Origin: Cetorhinus maximus | Taxonomy: Eukaryota | DNA: 64,000 bases | Direction of reading: 5' to 3' | Assembly (NCBI RefSeq): GCF_964194155.1 | Contig: NC_135899.1 | Location: 70,990,001-71,054,000, forward strand | In this document: piece after piece, positions 11,901 to 23,100 of the stretch | Numbering within the stretch: position 1 is the stretch's first letter | Layout: every line of letters begins with the position of its first letter | Program-made: the position numbers and the translations under genes | The notes under the pieces: model-generated | Told to the model about the DNA's origin: nothing | Seen by the model: only the letters and a program-made list of their open reading frames with translations | The model's database searches: none

Positions 11901-14782
11901 AATAAATCTCCCCTTAAACTTTCTCTGTGCTAATGAGAACAATCTCAGCTTCTCCTATCTCTCCACATAACACACCCCTCATCTCTGGCATCATTATGGT
12001 AACTCTCCACTACATCTTTTCAAGGCCTTGACATCCTTCCAAAACTGTATATAAACTTCATATTTTGGAGTTTAACTGCAAACTACACAGTAATTCTTCC
12101 AAGTTTAGAGGTCAACATTTAGCACAATTTTTCTAGAAACCTCAAATTGAATACACAAAGTTCTCAGTGTAGGTAACATGAAACTTTTCAATTTTAGCTT
12201 AGAGAAAATTCCTCCAGTCGGACACTTTCAACTTAAAATCGAAGGAGCTTTTATATTATTTTCCATCTCCAATTTCTGTAGCATAAGTTGCCTGGAGTGA
12301 GTAACCAACAAAACTTTTAGATCAACAACAAAGTCCCAATTTTTATGGATTCTTCTTGCTTGTTGTCAATCTTAATGGGGCTAGTAAATGCACCGCTTCA
12401 TCAGGTGCTGGACATTCTGCTGTTATGTAATGCTGCTACTGTACAAAATTGCAAAGATGCACTACTGTTCACAGGTGTATTATCTAAATACTAATGACAT
12501 GAAATATCAGACATTTGTGCTCCATGCACTGACCAGTGTTACAGCTAGTCAACATTATTTCTGCTATGCACTCATCAAGGGAGACTGGGGGCACCATACT
12601 TTTAGAGCACTCTCTCATGATCGGGTAAACTGCACCAAAGCCCATGACTCAAACAGTTAGTTTCATTCTATCAATTACAAGCATTAAAAGAATTATTTTT
12701 TTTCCCCAATATCCCACCTATTTCCATTATTTTAAATGTATTTCCATCCATTGTTTTATCTCTGCCTTTTAGCATATTTCGATTCCTTCACCCCACCAGG
12801 GCTATCTGTACCTTGCTCGTCCTGCTTTCTACCCTTAATGTCACCTATTAGCACATTCCTTAGATAATATCACCACCTTCAACACCTCTTTGGCCTTTTG
12901 TCTATGACATCTTTTGGCCATCTCCACCTATCACTGGCCCTCTATCCAGCTCTACATGTCCCACCGCCCCCCCTTAAACCAGCTTATATTTCACCTCTTT
13001 TCTATTTTTCCTTAGTTCTGTTGAAGAGTCATACGGACTCGAAACTTTAACTGTGTTCCTCTCCGCAGATGCTGCCAGACCTGCTGAGTTTTTCCAGGTA
13101 TTTTTATTTTTGTTTCGGATTTCCAGCATCCGCAGTTTTTTGCTTTTATTATAAAAGAATTAAATGTCTCACCTCAGTTCCAAAGGGACACTAGAGTAGC
13201 TCAGAGATGCTTTTAGAAACAATTTTAAGTCTAAATTAATACTCTACACAAACCTTCACCACTACACAACCACTCTAATCATTACAGATCCTTTGGCTTG
13301 TAAAATAATGCACAGCAGTCCAAACACCAAGCATAGTTTTCTCTCCCATGCATCATGGAAAGGTCGAACCACTGAGTTTCAAATATAAACTGAAAACAGA
13401 AAAATCTAAAACAATTAAACTTACCACAGCTGGATTTCTCTCCCATCATTTCCCTGGAGAAACCAACTGAATTTAGCCTGTTAACACAAAAGATACTTTT
13501 TGTAAGTGAAACTTAGGCAGCTTAGGTCAGAACCATAAGTAGTTGCATTATATTTATAGCAATGAGAAGAATGGGAACAAAAGGTTTTAACACAAGACAA
13601 CCAACAGCCTCCATAAACTTGAGTTCATTTAAAATGGCACTGCTCAAACTGGACCAAGCCCCACTCACATATTACTACTGTCCTCATTGATCTACACTGG
13701 CCCCAGATCTATGAAAGCCTCAAAATTAAAAGCTCTCAGATTTAAAACCCATCATGGCCTTACCCAATTCCTTCTCCAACTTACTCCACCCCTACAACTC
13801 ACCGCACCAACAGTTTCCTCGAACTCTGCCCACAAGGTGCACCCTGCCCTCCTATTGCCTCCAATCATCTAAGCTCCTCATTCCTTTAACCCTTCCAACT
13901 CCCTCTGTTCCATCTGACATTGTTTGTGATCACCTTTCATATCTCTTCATTCATTTTTGATTGCACCTGTGAAGCACACTGTATTTTTTCTTATGTTAAA
14001 TGTGCTATATCAATGCAACATGCAATTGCATTGCAACTTTCATATATCAATTATTTGATGAAACCTAAAACAAAAGGAATCAAAGGCAAAAAAGCCTGCA
14101 TTTTATTCAGCTTCATCAGCAGCGTCACCCAACAAGTGAGTCAATCGCTTTCTGGAAAATTCTCCAATGCTGGAGAATTGGCCATAGGGAGGGGGCCGAG
14201 AAGGAGCTGCTGATCAGTGGTGAGTCAGCAGCTCGACTCTGAACAGTATAAATATCCTTTATCATGTAGAAATACAGTCTCTCCTTCCCCAGCGCCGGAA
14301 CTAAAATAATGAAAATTATTACTGTTGTCGACTTAACGTAATTTTAACAATATACAACGGGTTACACTCACTGCATTTCATTTTAGGTTATCAACTCATT
14401 TTCATTAGGACAGTATATATAAAAAAAAACAAACACTAATAACCTTGACTTTGACCCCACTCCCTCCCCAAAAACCCAACCCATTGACTTTCACCCCATT
14501 CCCCTGACAACCCAACCCAAACCCTGACTCTAACCATGATCCCAGCCCAAACTCCCTCTTCACTTATCAGCCGGTCAAAAGTGCGCCACACCCAAGGCCG
14601 AGACTTTAAAACTATCGATAAAATCAGGTTCCCCCCCACCCCCCAAAAAAAAATTTCAATTTCAAATAATTTTGCTAGCTGGGTTTTTTTTTGTCCTACA
14701 AAACTCACCGATTATAATCACTGGCTTGATGCTTGGGAGACTCTGAAGTGCCGCACTTCTTACCGTTAGCGAGTATCACCAT
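2805..14782 (-). CDS. RSRP1: Arginine/serine-rich protein 1 (RSRP1/C1orf63), spliced gene
   Basis: Exons 13425-13477 (ATG at 13449), 10520-11404, 7670-7833, 3609-3707 and 2805-2951 (TGA) all have GT-AG ends and consistent phases (1,1,0,0), giving 439 aa from ATG 13449. An optional upstream ATG at 14782 lies in exon 1. The protein has an RS-rich domain, LLEIATANA, IAFS-NTVAKP and PYGQW motifs as recalled for RSRP1. It is syntenic with TMEM50A and RH. Confidence 0.9.
3060..3212. repeat. 153-bp near-identical copy of 726-878
   Basis: Direct comparison shows 2 mismatches. Confidence 0.9.
3609..3707 (-). CDS. RSRP1: RSRP1 internal exon (99 nt)
   Basis: tgcag / gtaagt ends; EYKKEAEED...HWIAFSVK. 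Confidence 0.85.
5150..6340 (+). mobile_element. Old, decayed CR1 LINE
   Basis: Recognisable similarity to the CR1 RT and 3' region at 9-10 kb (gatgataccaaact, ggtcaggccaca). Confidence 0.65.
7670..7833 (-). CDS. RSRP1: RSRP1 internal exon (164 nt)
   Basis: ccag / gtgagt ends; EKKKLLEIATANADKLLGK...ELTRK. Confidence 0.88.
8780..10285 (+). mobile_element. CR1 LINE, 5'-truncated, RT region
   Basis: [39 protein letters not shown] in broken frames. Confidence 0.9.
10520..11404 (-). CDS. RSRP1: RSRP1 large Ser/Arg-rich exon (885 nt)
   Basis: ttttag / gtaaga ends; lies inside ORF 10506..11504; poly-Ser repeats followed by RS dipeptides. Confidence 0.9.
10915..11178. repeat. 33-bp coding tandem repeat, 8 copies (SSSGSSRSGSV-like)
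   Basis: Unit gaagatgacactgaacttgatcgagagctgcct recurs at 33-nt period from 10915. Confidence 0.9.
11600..12045 (-). mobile_element. CR1 3' fragment
   Basis: Reverse complement resembles the CR1 3' tail. Confidence 0.6.
12696..13151 (+). mobile_element. Penelope-like element 3' terminal repeat, 5'-truncated, with 11-bp TSD
   Basis: Matches the reverse complement of about 43770-44210; flanked by taaaagaatta at 12685-12695 and 13152-13162. Confidence 0.85.
13014..13052 (+). ncRNA. Minimal hammerhead ribozyme-like motif (core variant CUGUUGA)
   Basis: agtt-CTGTTGA-a-gagtc-atacg-gactc-GAAA-cttt-aact. Confidence 0.5.
13425..13477 (-). CDS. RSRP1: RSRP1 exon 2 (contains ATG ATG at 13449/13446)
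   Basis: ttaacag acceptor and gtaagt donor; MMGEKSSC+G ends in phase 1, matching the next exon. Confidence 0.75.
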
Positions 14783-14790
14783 TTTGTCAC
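14709..14790 (-). other. RSRP1: RSRP1 putative first exon with two alternative donors (exon ends 14764 and 14709)
   Basis: Lies about 30 nt downstream of TATAAAA; Inr-like TCAGT; donors G|gtaaga and G|gtgagt; ATG at 14782. Confidence 0.6.
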
Positions 14791-15060
14791 TGAAACAAAC
14801 GTAATCGATCTGCTCTTTTTATAACCTGACCGTCCGCGAGAACCCGCCTTCCCCTCTCTCTCATTGGCTGTTGCTTCCAGATCCCTATTATTATTGGTTT
14901 ATTTGGAGGCCGCGCGAGGTATTGGGCTGTAGAACACCGCGTACGGAGGCTGACCCTCTTATCATTGGTCAAGGGAGCTGTCCGTCACAGGGTGGACGCG
15001 GCGGCTGCTGCTGCCAATTCGACGCCCAATTGGTCCATGTGGATGTCAATCAACAAAGAG
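14790..15060 (-). promoter_or_regulatory. RSRP1 promoter: TATA box plus cluster of CCAAT (NF-Y) boxes, CpG-rich
   Basis: TATAAAA on the minus strand at 14817-14823; ATTGG at 14863, 14893, 14921, 14964; CCAAT at 15014 and 15026. Confidence 0.7.
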
Positions 15061-15109
15061 AGAGAGCGCGAGAGAGAGAAAAAAAAAGCTGAGGGGGTAA
15101 AAGCTGAAG

Positions 15110-15480
15110 ATAAAAATAAAATACCGTCGATGCTGGAAATCTGAAACAAAAACAAAAGCTGCTGGAAAAAAACTCAGCAGGTCTGACAGCATCTGCGGAG
15201 AGGGAGACGGTTACCGTTTCGAGTCCGTGTGACTCTCCACCAGAAAGCTGAAGATGTTGGGAATTGGAGATAAAAACGGAACATTCTGGAAATACTGAAG
15301 AGGTCAGTCAGCATCTTTGGAGAGATTAGAACAGTTAGGAAGAGTCACACGGACTCGAAACGTTAACTCAGTTTTTTTCTCTCCACAGATGCTGTCAGAC
15401 CTGCTGAGTTTCCCCCCACCCCCCAGCATTTTCCTGTTTTTGTTTCAGGTTTCCAGCATCCGCAGTATTTTGCTTTTATC
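15110..15480. mobile_element. Cluster of inverted Penelope-derived terminal-repeat fragments (fold-back structure)
   Basis: Two reverse arms (gctggaaa...cagcaggtctgacagcatctg) and one forward arm (cagatgctgtcagacctgctgag); hammerhead stem II at 15211-15243 (-) and 15340-15368 (+). Confidence 0.75.
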
Positions 15481-16249
15481 TTAAGAGCAGCGAATATTTC
15501 GCCTGTGAATTCACCAGCTTAAAATCCTTGCCTGAGCTGCCAGCATTTTCTGCTGATAATAATTGGTCGAACAGCAAACTTTTAGAAAGAAACATTACAT
15601 GACATTTTTAAAAAAAACTTTATTTGAATTTTACACTGAGATCTGACAAGTTTCCAACTTGTTCTTTTTAGCTCTTGGTACTGGTCTCCCTGCCTTTCAA
15701 AACTACGATGATCGCCCATCTCCTCAAAAACAACCCCATCCTCCCGTTCTGCAGGATCAGCGTTTGCCTTGTTGGGCTCCTAGGTGCCACTAGGCAACCA
15801 CACTATAGGTGACAGGTCCTTACACATACAATCACGAAAAGCTACGTAGGAAGTAGGTAATATAAAATTAGTTGATAAAACGCAAGAGTAAACATTACTT
15901 CATTCCACTCCCACTTTGCCCTATAGGACTCCAGAAACAGGCACTTAGCAACACAGTATCAGCAAATATGAAGTGGAAGTCTGTCCCCAGAATCCATGCT
16001 TAAAGTTCAGGCAGAATCCAAGCCCCTGTCCCACTCTCTGCCACTGGGACCAAGTGCCTATGATTCTCCTTTAAATATTAGAGGCATAATGGGTTTTTTT
16101 GTGTAAACAATATAAAGATAAGACCTATTTCATATGACAGTGAACCTGTAGATCTGGCAACAGAGGTATGTTTTTTGTAAACAATATGAAGACTGGGCCT
16201 TTCTCGTTTTGGCAAATGAACCTGCAGAAAAAATCCTTTTGTCTGTGAC

Positions 16250-16625
16250 ATCTTTTGATTATCTGCTCCTATCACGGCTTGCTTATCTCCACAATCACCA
16301 CACCCTCAACTTCTCTCTTCCCCCCCCACCCCCCCACCTTAAACCAATTTATATTTCTCCTTTCTCCTAACTATGCTTCAGTTCTGCCGAAGGGCCATGA
16401 AGGCTCGAAACGTTAACTGATTTCTTCTCCGCCGATGCTGCCAGACCTGCTGAGTTTTTCCAGGTAATTCTGTTTTTGTTTTGAAAAATTAAATAAGCCT
16501 CCTGACTGTGCTTCTTGCCGTGATGCCAATCAGGAAGCAGAAAGTGCTGGAAGTACCCAGTAGGTCTGCGGAGAAAGAAACAGGGTTAAGGTTCTGAATC
16601 AAATTTGAATCTTCTTCTGAACCAG
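16250..16625. mobile_element. Penelope-like terminal-repeat fragments (second subfamily)
   Basis: ccttaaacca...gatgctgccagacctgctgagtttttccagg forward arm, plus a reverse arm at 16540-16622. Confidence 0.7.
16378..16420 (+). ncRNA. Minimal type I hammerhead ribozyme-like motif (core variant CUGCCGA)
   Basis: Stem I tcagtt/aactga (6 bp), core CTGCCGA+A, stem II gggcc/ggctc, GAAA, palindromic ACGT stem III, GUU triplet. Confidence 0.6.
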
Positions 16626-17024
16626 GATCCACAATATGTCACTTTTATTTTAATGTGTCCCGTAGACCATAGGTACCTTTCACTGGATTCACTCGAGCCT
16701 CATGACTGTCTCAGGGCCCTGTCGACTTGCAGAGGTTTCACTGCCAATCTGTCGATGTAAACCAGCACCATATCATATAACCTCCCCCCCGCCCATCTCT
16801 CTCTCTCCAAAGTCCTTGAGCCTCCCAAGTCCATAACCATATCTTTCCTGCAGGTGCAGGGAGGTGAGATGTGGAGCTGCAGTGTCGCTGGCAGAGAGAG
16901 GGGGCGCTAGCGGCTCCCCAGCACCTGCCCGGGGCCGGGGGACGGGGGGCGGGGACTCGCTCTCGGCCGCTCAGCCCAGTTTCCAGGGAACACACTGCCG
17001 GCTGTCGTGGCTCCACCATCTCTA

Positions 17025-17180
17025 ATGCAATACGTTCCCCCGCAGAATATTCTGCCCCACCCGACCCACTTCATACCCCAGCATTTCGGCTATGTGATCC
17101 TGGTATTTATCTACAGCTGGGTCATGCTGGCCTATCTGGCATTGAAAGTGGGCATTGCCAGGAAGAAATACAATGTCAAG
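17025..17180 (+). CDS. MGST3: MGST3-like coding exon 1
   Basis: [10 protein letters not shown]...[32 protein letters not shown] then gtaagg. Confidence 0.88.
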
Positions 17181-20100
17181 GTAAGGGGGAAAAGGAGAAA
17201 ATCCCTCCACAATCAGCACAGGCCTCCCTCCTCTCAATCACAAGCTTTATACCCTGATTATTATACTGCGGACTCTAACCAGCTGACAGTTTCCGCATTC
17301 CTGACCATCGTCTCTAGGTTAAGCCGTGTTATACCATTCTCTCCTGAGGCCTTTATTTTTTTCAATGAACTCTTCCAGGTGAGTTATTTCACAAGGTTCT
17401 GATTTAAGGAACCTGTGGATTTTCTAATAGTCCCACATTGAATTTGAAAGGTGACTAAAGGCATTTTTTTTGCTTCAGGGCCCCTGACTGCATTTCCAAT
17501 GTTAGAACAAATTGAAACATATAAGATTCTTAGGGGGCTTGACAGGGTAGATGCCACTCTAACCTGTCTCTCTCTCTCTGAACTGACTGCACTCCGTTCT
17601 CTCAGGTCCAACCCTGACATTGTCATCAAACCTGCTGACAAGGGTGGTGCTGTCGTTGTCTGGCGCACTGACCTCTACCTCGCAGAGGCTGAGCATCAAC
17701 TCGCAGACACTTCCTCCTACCTCCCCCTGGACCATGACCCACCACTGAACATCAAGCCATTGTTTCCAGGACTGTCACTGACCTCATCTCCTCTGGAGAT
17801 CTTCCTTCCACAGCTTCCAACCTCATAGTCTCCCAACCTCGGACGGCCCACTTCTACCTCCTACCCAAAATCCACAAACAGGACTGTTCCGGCAGACCGA
17901 TCGTGTCAGCCTGTTCCTGTCCCACAGAACTCATTTCTTGCTATCTTGACTCCATTCTCTCTTCCCTTCCCACCTACATCCGTGATTCCTCTGACACCCT
18001 ACATCATATCAACAATTTCCAGTTGCCTGGCCCCGACTGCCTCCTCTTCACAATGGGCTTTCAATCCCTCTCCACCTCCATCCCCCACCGGGATGGTCTA
18101 AAGGCTCTCCGCTTCTTCCTCGAACAGAGGCCCGAACAATCCCCATCCACCACTACTCTCCGTCTGGCTGAACTTGTTTTCTCACTGAACAATTTCCCCT
18201 TAAACTCCTCTCACTTCCTTCTATTAAAAGGTGTGGCTTTGGGTATCCGCATGGGCCCCAGTTATGCCTGTCTCTTTATGGGGTATGTGGAACATTCCTT
18301 GTTCCAGTCCTACTCCGGCACCTTCCCACAACTTTCTCCAGTACATCGATGATTGCTTCGGTGCTGCTTCATGCTCTCGTCTGGACCTGGAAAAATTTAT
18401 TAATTTTGCTTCCAATTTCTACCCCTCCATCATTTTCACATGGTCCATCTCTGACACTTCCTTTCCCTTCCTTGACCTCTCTGTCTCTTTTTCTGGTGAT
18501 AGACTGTCCACCAATATTCATTACAAGCCCTACCGACTCCCACAGCTACCTAGACTACAGCTCCTCACACCCCGCTTCCTGTAAGGACTCCATCCCATTC
18601 TCTCAGTTCCTTCGCCTCCGTCGCATCTGTTCTGATGATGCCACTTTCAAAAACAGTTCCTCTGACATGTCCTCCTTCTTCCTTAACCGAGGTTTTCCAC
18701 CCACAGTGATTGACAGGGCCCTCAACTGTGTCCGGCCCATCTCCCGCGCATCTACCCTCACACCTTCCTCTCCCTCCCAGAACCATGATAGGGTCCCCCT
18801 TGATCTCACTTATCACCCCACTAGCCTCTGCATTCAAAGGATCATCCTCCGCCATTTCCGCCAACTCCAGCATGATGCCACCACCAAACACATCTAGTGG
18901 CTAGTGAGATAATTGATGCATTGGTTTTAATTTTCCAAAATTCCCTAGATTCAGGAAAGGTTCCATTAGATAGGAAAATTGCAAATATAACTCCTTTATT
19001 CAAAAAGGGAGACAGAAAGCAGGAAACTACAGGCCAGTTAGCCTAATATCTGTCATAGGGAAAATATTAGAAGCTATGATTAAAGATGTTATAGCAGGGC
19101 ACTTAGAAAAATTCAAGGCAATCAGGCAGAGTCAACATGGTTTTGTGAAAGGGAAATCATGTTTAACCAATTTATTGGAGTTCTTTGAAGAGGTCATGTG
19201 CTATGGATAAAGGGGAACCAGTGGATGTACTGTACTTAAATTTCCAGAAGGCATTTGATAAGGTGCCACATCAAATGTTATTGTGGAAAAGAAAAGCTCA
19301 TGATGGAGGGGGTAACATTGGCATGGATAGAAGATTGGCTAGCTAACAGGAAACAAAGAGTAGCCATAAATGGGTCTTTTTCTGGTTGGCAGGATGTGAC
19401 GAGTGGTGTGCCCTAGGGATCAGTGCTGCACCTCAACTTTTTACAATTTATATAAATGATGTGGGTGAAAGAATGGCTACTAAATTTGCTGATGACACAA
19501 AGATAGGTAGAAAAGTAAATTGTGAAGAGGACATATGGAGGCTACAAAGTGACAGATATGTTAAGTGAGTGGGCAAAGATCTGGCAAATGAAGTATAATG
19601 TGGGCAAATGTGAAATTGTTCATTTTGGCAGGAAGAATAAAAAAGAAGCTTATTATCTAAATGGTGAGAGATTACAGATCTCTGAGATTCAGAGGGATCT
19701 GGGTGTCCTAGTGCATGAATCACAAAAGGCTAGTACGCAAGTACAGCAAGTAATTAGGAAAGCTAATAGAATGTTATCATCTATTGTGAGGGGAATGATT
19801 ACAAAAGTAGGGCGGTTATGTTTCAGTTATACAGGGCACTGGTAAGACCACATCTGGAATATTGTGTACAGTATTGGTCTCCATATTTAAGGAAAGATGT
19901 AAATGCGTTAAAAGCAGTTTAGAGAAGGTTTACTAGACTAATACCAGGAATGGGCGGGTTGTCTCTTGAGGAAAGGTTGGACAGGTTAGGCTTGTATCCA
20001 CTGGAATTTAGAAGAGTAAGAGGCAACTTGATTGAAACCTTTAAGATCCTGAGGAGTCTTGATAGGGTGGATGCGGAGATGATTTTCCTCTTGTGGGAGA

Positions 20101-23100
20101 ATCTAAAACTAGGGGTCACTGTTTAAAAATAAAGGGTTGCTTATTTAAAACAGAGATGAGAATTTTTTTCTCTGAGGGTCTTGAGTCTTTGGAACTCCCT
20201 TTCTCAAAGGCAGTGGGTGCAGAGTCTTTGAATGTTTTTAAGACAGAACTAGATAGATTCTTGATTAACAAGGGGGTGAAAGGTTATCAGGGGTAGGCAG
20301 GAATGTGGGGTTGAGGTTACAATCAGATCAGCCATGATCTTATTAAATGGCAGAGCAGGCTCAAGGAGCCAAATGGTCTACTCCTGCTCCCAATTCGTAT
20401 GTACCTCTTGCCCAAAACCATAAATCTGTCTCTTAGTTCTTGTAGCATCAGCTAATGGGAATAGATTTTTTTGTCTGCCTTATAAAAAGCTGTCACAGTT
20501 TTGTACAGTACACCTTTATCAGATCTCGCTTCAATCAGTTACAGCCATAAAAAAAAAACTTAATGGAAAACACGTTGGTAAACCTATTTTTTTTGGCAAA
20601 ATACATATACGGTTGATAATTTCAAAATAATTTATAAAAATATTACTGGTGTTTCATTGGAACATAATCACTGTTCAGGTGAGGGTCAGTGGGAGAGGAT
20701 TGGAATCCTGTTAGCCAAATATCATTCAGAACAAGGAACTTAGGTGAACAGGAAAATTAAGATGAAGAAACCTATTCCCTGATTGTCACAAACACTTGAT
20801 TGGATAATTGTTGATAGCAAGGCAACTAACTGACTAGGAAACAATCCATAATCAGCTACTTGTGTCTTGTAGATAGTGGACAAGCTTTGGAGAGTAAAGA
20901 AGTGTTACTTGCCACCGATAAAACAGCTTTTGATCTCTTCTTGTAGACACAGTATTTATATGGTTGGTTTAGTTTTATTTCTGGTCAATGGTGACCTCCA
21001 GGATCTTAATGGTGGGAGATTCAGCAGTGGTAATGCCGTTGGATGTCAAAAAAAGTGGTTAAACTCTCTTTTGTTGGAAATGGTCATTGCCTGGCACTGC
21101 AAGTTCCCCTCCAAACCACACCATGCAGACTTGGAACTATATAGCTGTTTCTTCACTGCCTTTGGGTCAAAAACCTGGAACCCTTCTTAACACTGTGGAT
21201 GGGCCTACACCACAGCGGTTCAAGAAAGCATCTCATTGCTACCTTCTCAAGAACAATTAGGGGATGGGCATTAAATTCTGGCTTTGCCAGTAGCACTCAC
21301 ATCTCAGGAACCAATATTTTTAAAAATGCCACTTGCCACTTAACAGCCTATGCCTCAATGTTGACCAGGTCTTGCTGCACATGAGCACAAATTACTTCAT
21401 TATCTGAGAAACTCTTTCGAGTTATCAACAGTCACAGATTGCAACTCTTTCGAGTACAATCACAGTTCTTGGTTTTCGGGAGTGGGACATGAACCCACAA
21501 CCCTCTGATTCAAAGGCGAGGGTGCTATGAACTGAGCCACAGCTGACACCTCTCATTATCTGAGAAGTTGCAAATGGAACTGAATGCTGCAATAATCACA
21601 AACATCTCCATACTTAACCTTATGATGAAGAGAAGGTCATTGATGAATCAGCTGAAGATGGTTGGGCTTAGGACACTGTCCTGGGGAACTTCTGCAGTAA
21701 TATCCTGGGACTGAGATGTTTGACTTCCAACAACTGCCTTCGTGCTGGTATGACTTCAGCCCGTAGAGAATTTTCCCTAATTCCCACTGACTTCAATTTT
21801 ATGAAAACTCCTGAATGCTACACTCAGTCAAATGGTGCCTTGATGCCAAGGGCAGTCAATCTCTCCTTACCTTTGGAATTCAGTTCTTTTGTCCATGTTT
21901 GGATCCAGGCTGTGAGGGGGTCTCGAGGCGTGTGATCCTGGCAGAACCCAAAACTGAATGTCGGTAAGCAGGTGATTGGTAAGTGCTACTTGATAGCACT
22001 GTTGATGATACCTTCCATCATTTCAGATGATCGAGAGTAGACTTATAGGGCAGCAAATGATCAGATTTGTTCCGTTTTTTGGGAACAGGACATACTTGGG
22101 CAATTTTCCACTTTGTTAGGTAGATGCCAGTGTTGTAGCTCTACTGGAACAACTTTGCTAGAGGCACAGCTAGTCCTGGAGCAGAAATCTTCAGCAGTAC
22201 AGCCGGTATGTTGTTGGGACCCATAGCCTTTGCTGTAGCCAAAGCACGCAGCCGTTTCTTGATATCATGTAGAATGAATCAAAGTAACTGAAGATTACCA
22301 TTTGAGATGGTGGGGACCTCAGCAGGAGGCTGAGATGGATTATCCACTCAGCACTTCGGGCTGAAGATGATTGCAAATGGTTCAACCTTGTCTTTTGCAC
22401 TCGTGCTGGGCTCTGCCATCATTGAGGATGGGTAAGTTCATGAAGCCTCCTGCTAGCTGATTAATTGTTCACCACCATTCATGATTAGGTGTGGCAAGGC
22501 TGCAGAGATCTGATCTGATCCATTGGTTGTGGGATAGCTTATCTCTGTCCATAGCACACTGCTTCCACTGTCTAGCATGCATGCAATTCTGCATTGCAGC
22601 TTCACCAGGTCGATACCTAATTTTTAGACACGCCTGGTGCTGCACCTTGCTTGCTCTCCTATGCTCCTCACTGAACCAGGATTGATCTACAGGCTTGATG
22701 GTAATGGTAAATTAAGGGTATGTAGAGCCATAACAGATTGCAGTGGTATACAATTCTGCTGATGGCCCACAGCATCTCATGTATGTCCAGATTTTAGCTG
22801 CTAGGTTTGTTCTGGATCTATCCCAAGTAGCACAGTGGTATTGCCACACGACGTAATGAAGTAAGAATTTAGTTTAGAAAGTGTATATGCCACCATATTT
22901 CTTCAGCCTTTGCATGGAATGTTAGTCTAATCTCAATGTACAATGTGTTCCAAAGTGACAATGCCAAATAATGTGAAAGCCCCATCAGGAGACTAAGTGG
23001 CAATGTGAAAAATTCTTGCAAAATTTCAGTAATGGTGTGAAATAATTAGGTAAATCAGAACACATGTCAAAATACCATTTCAGTTGTGAATTGATGATCT

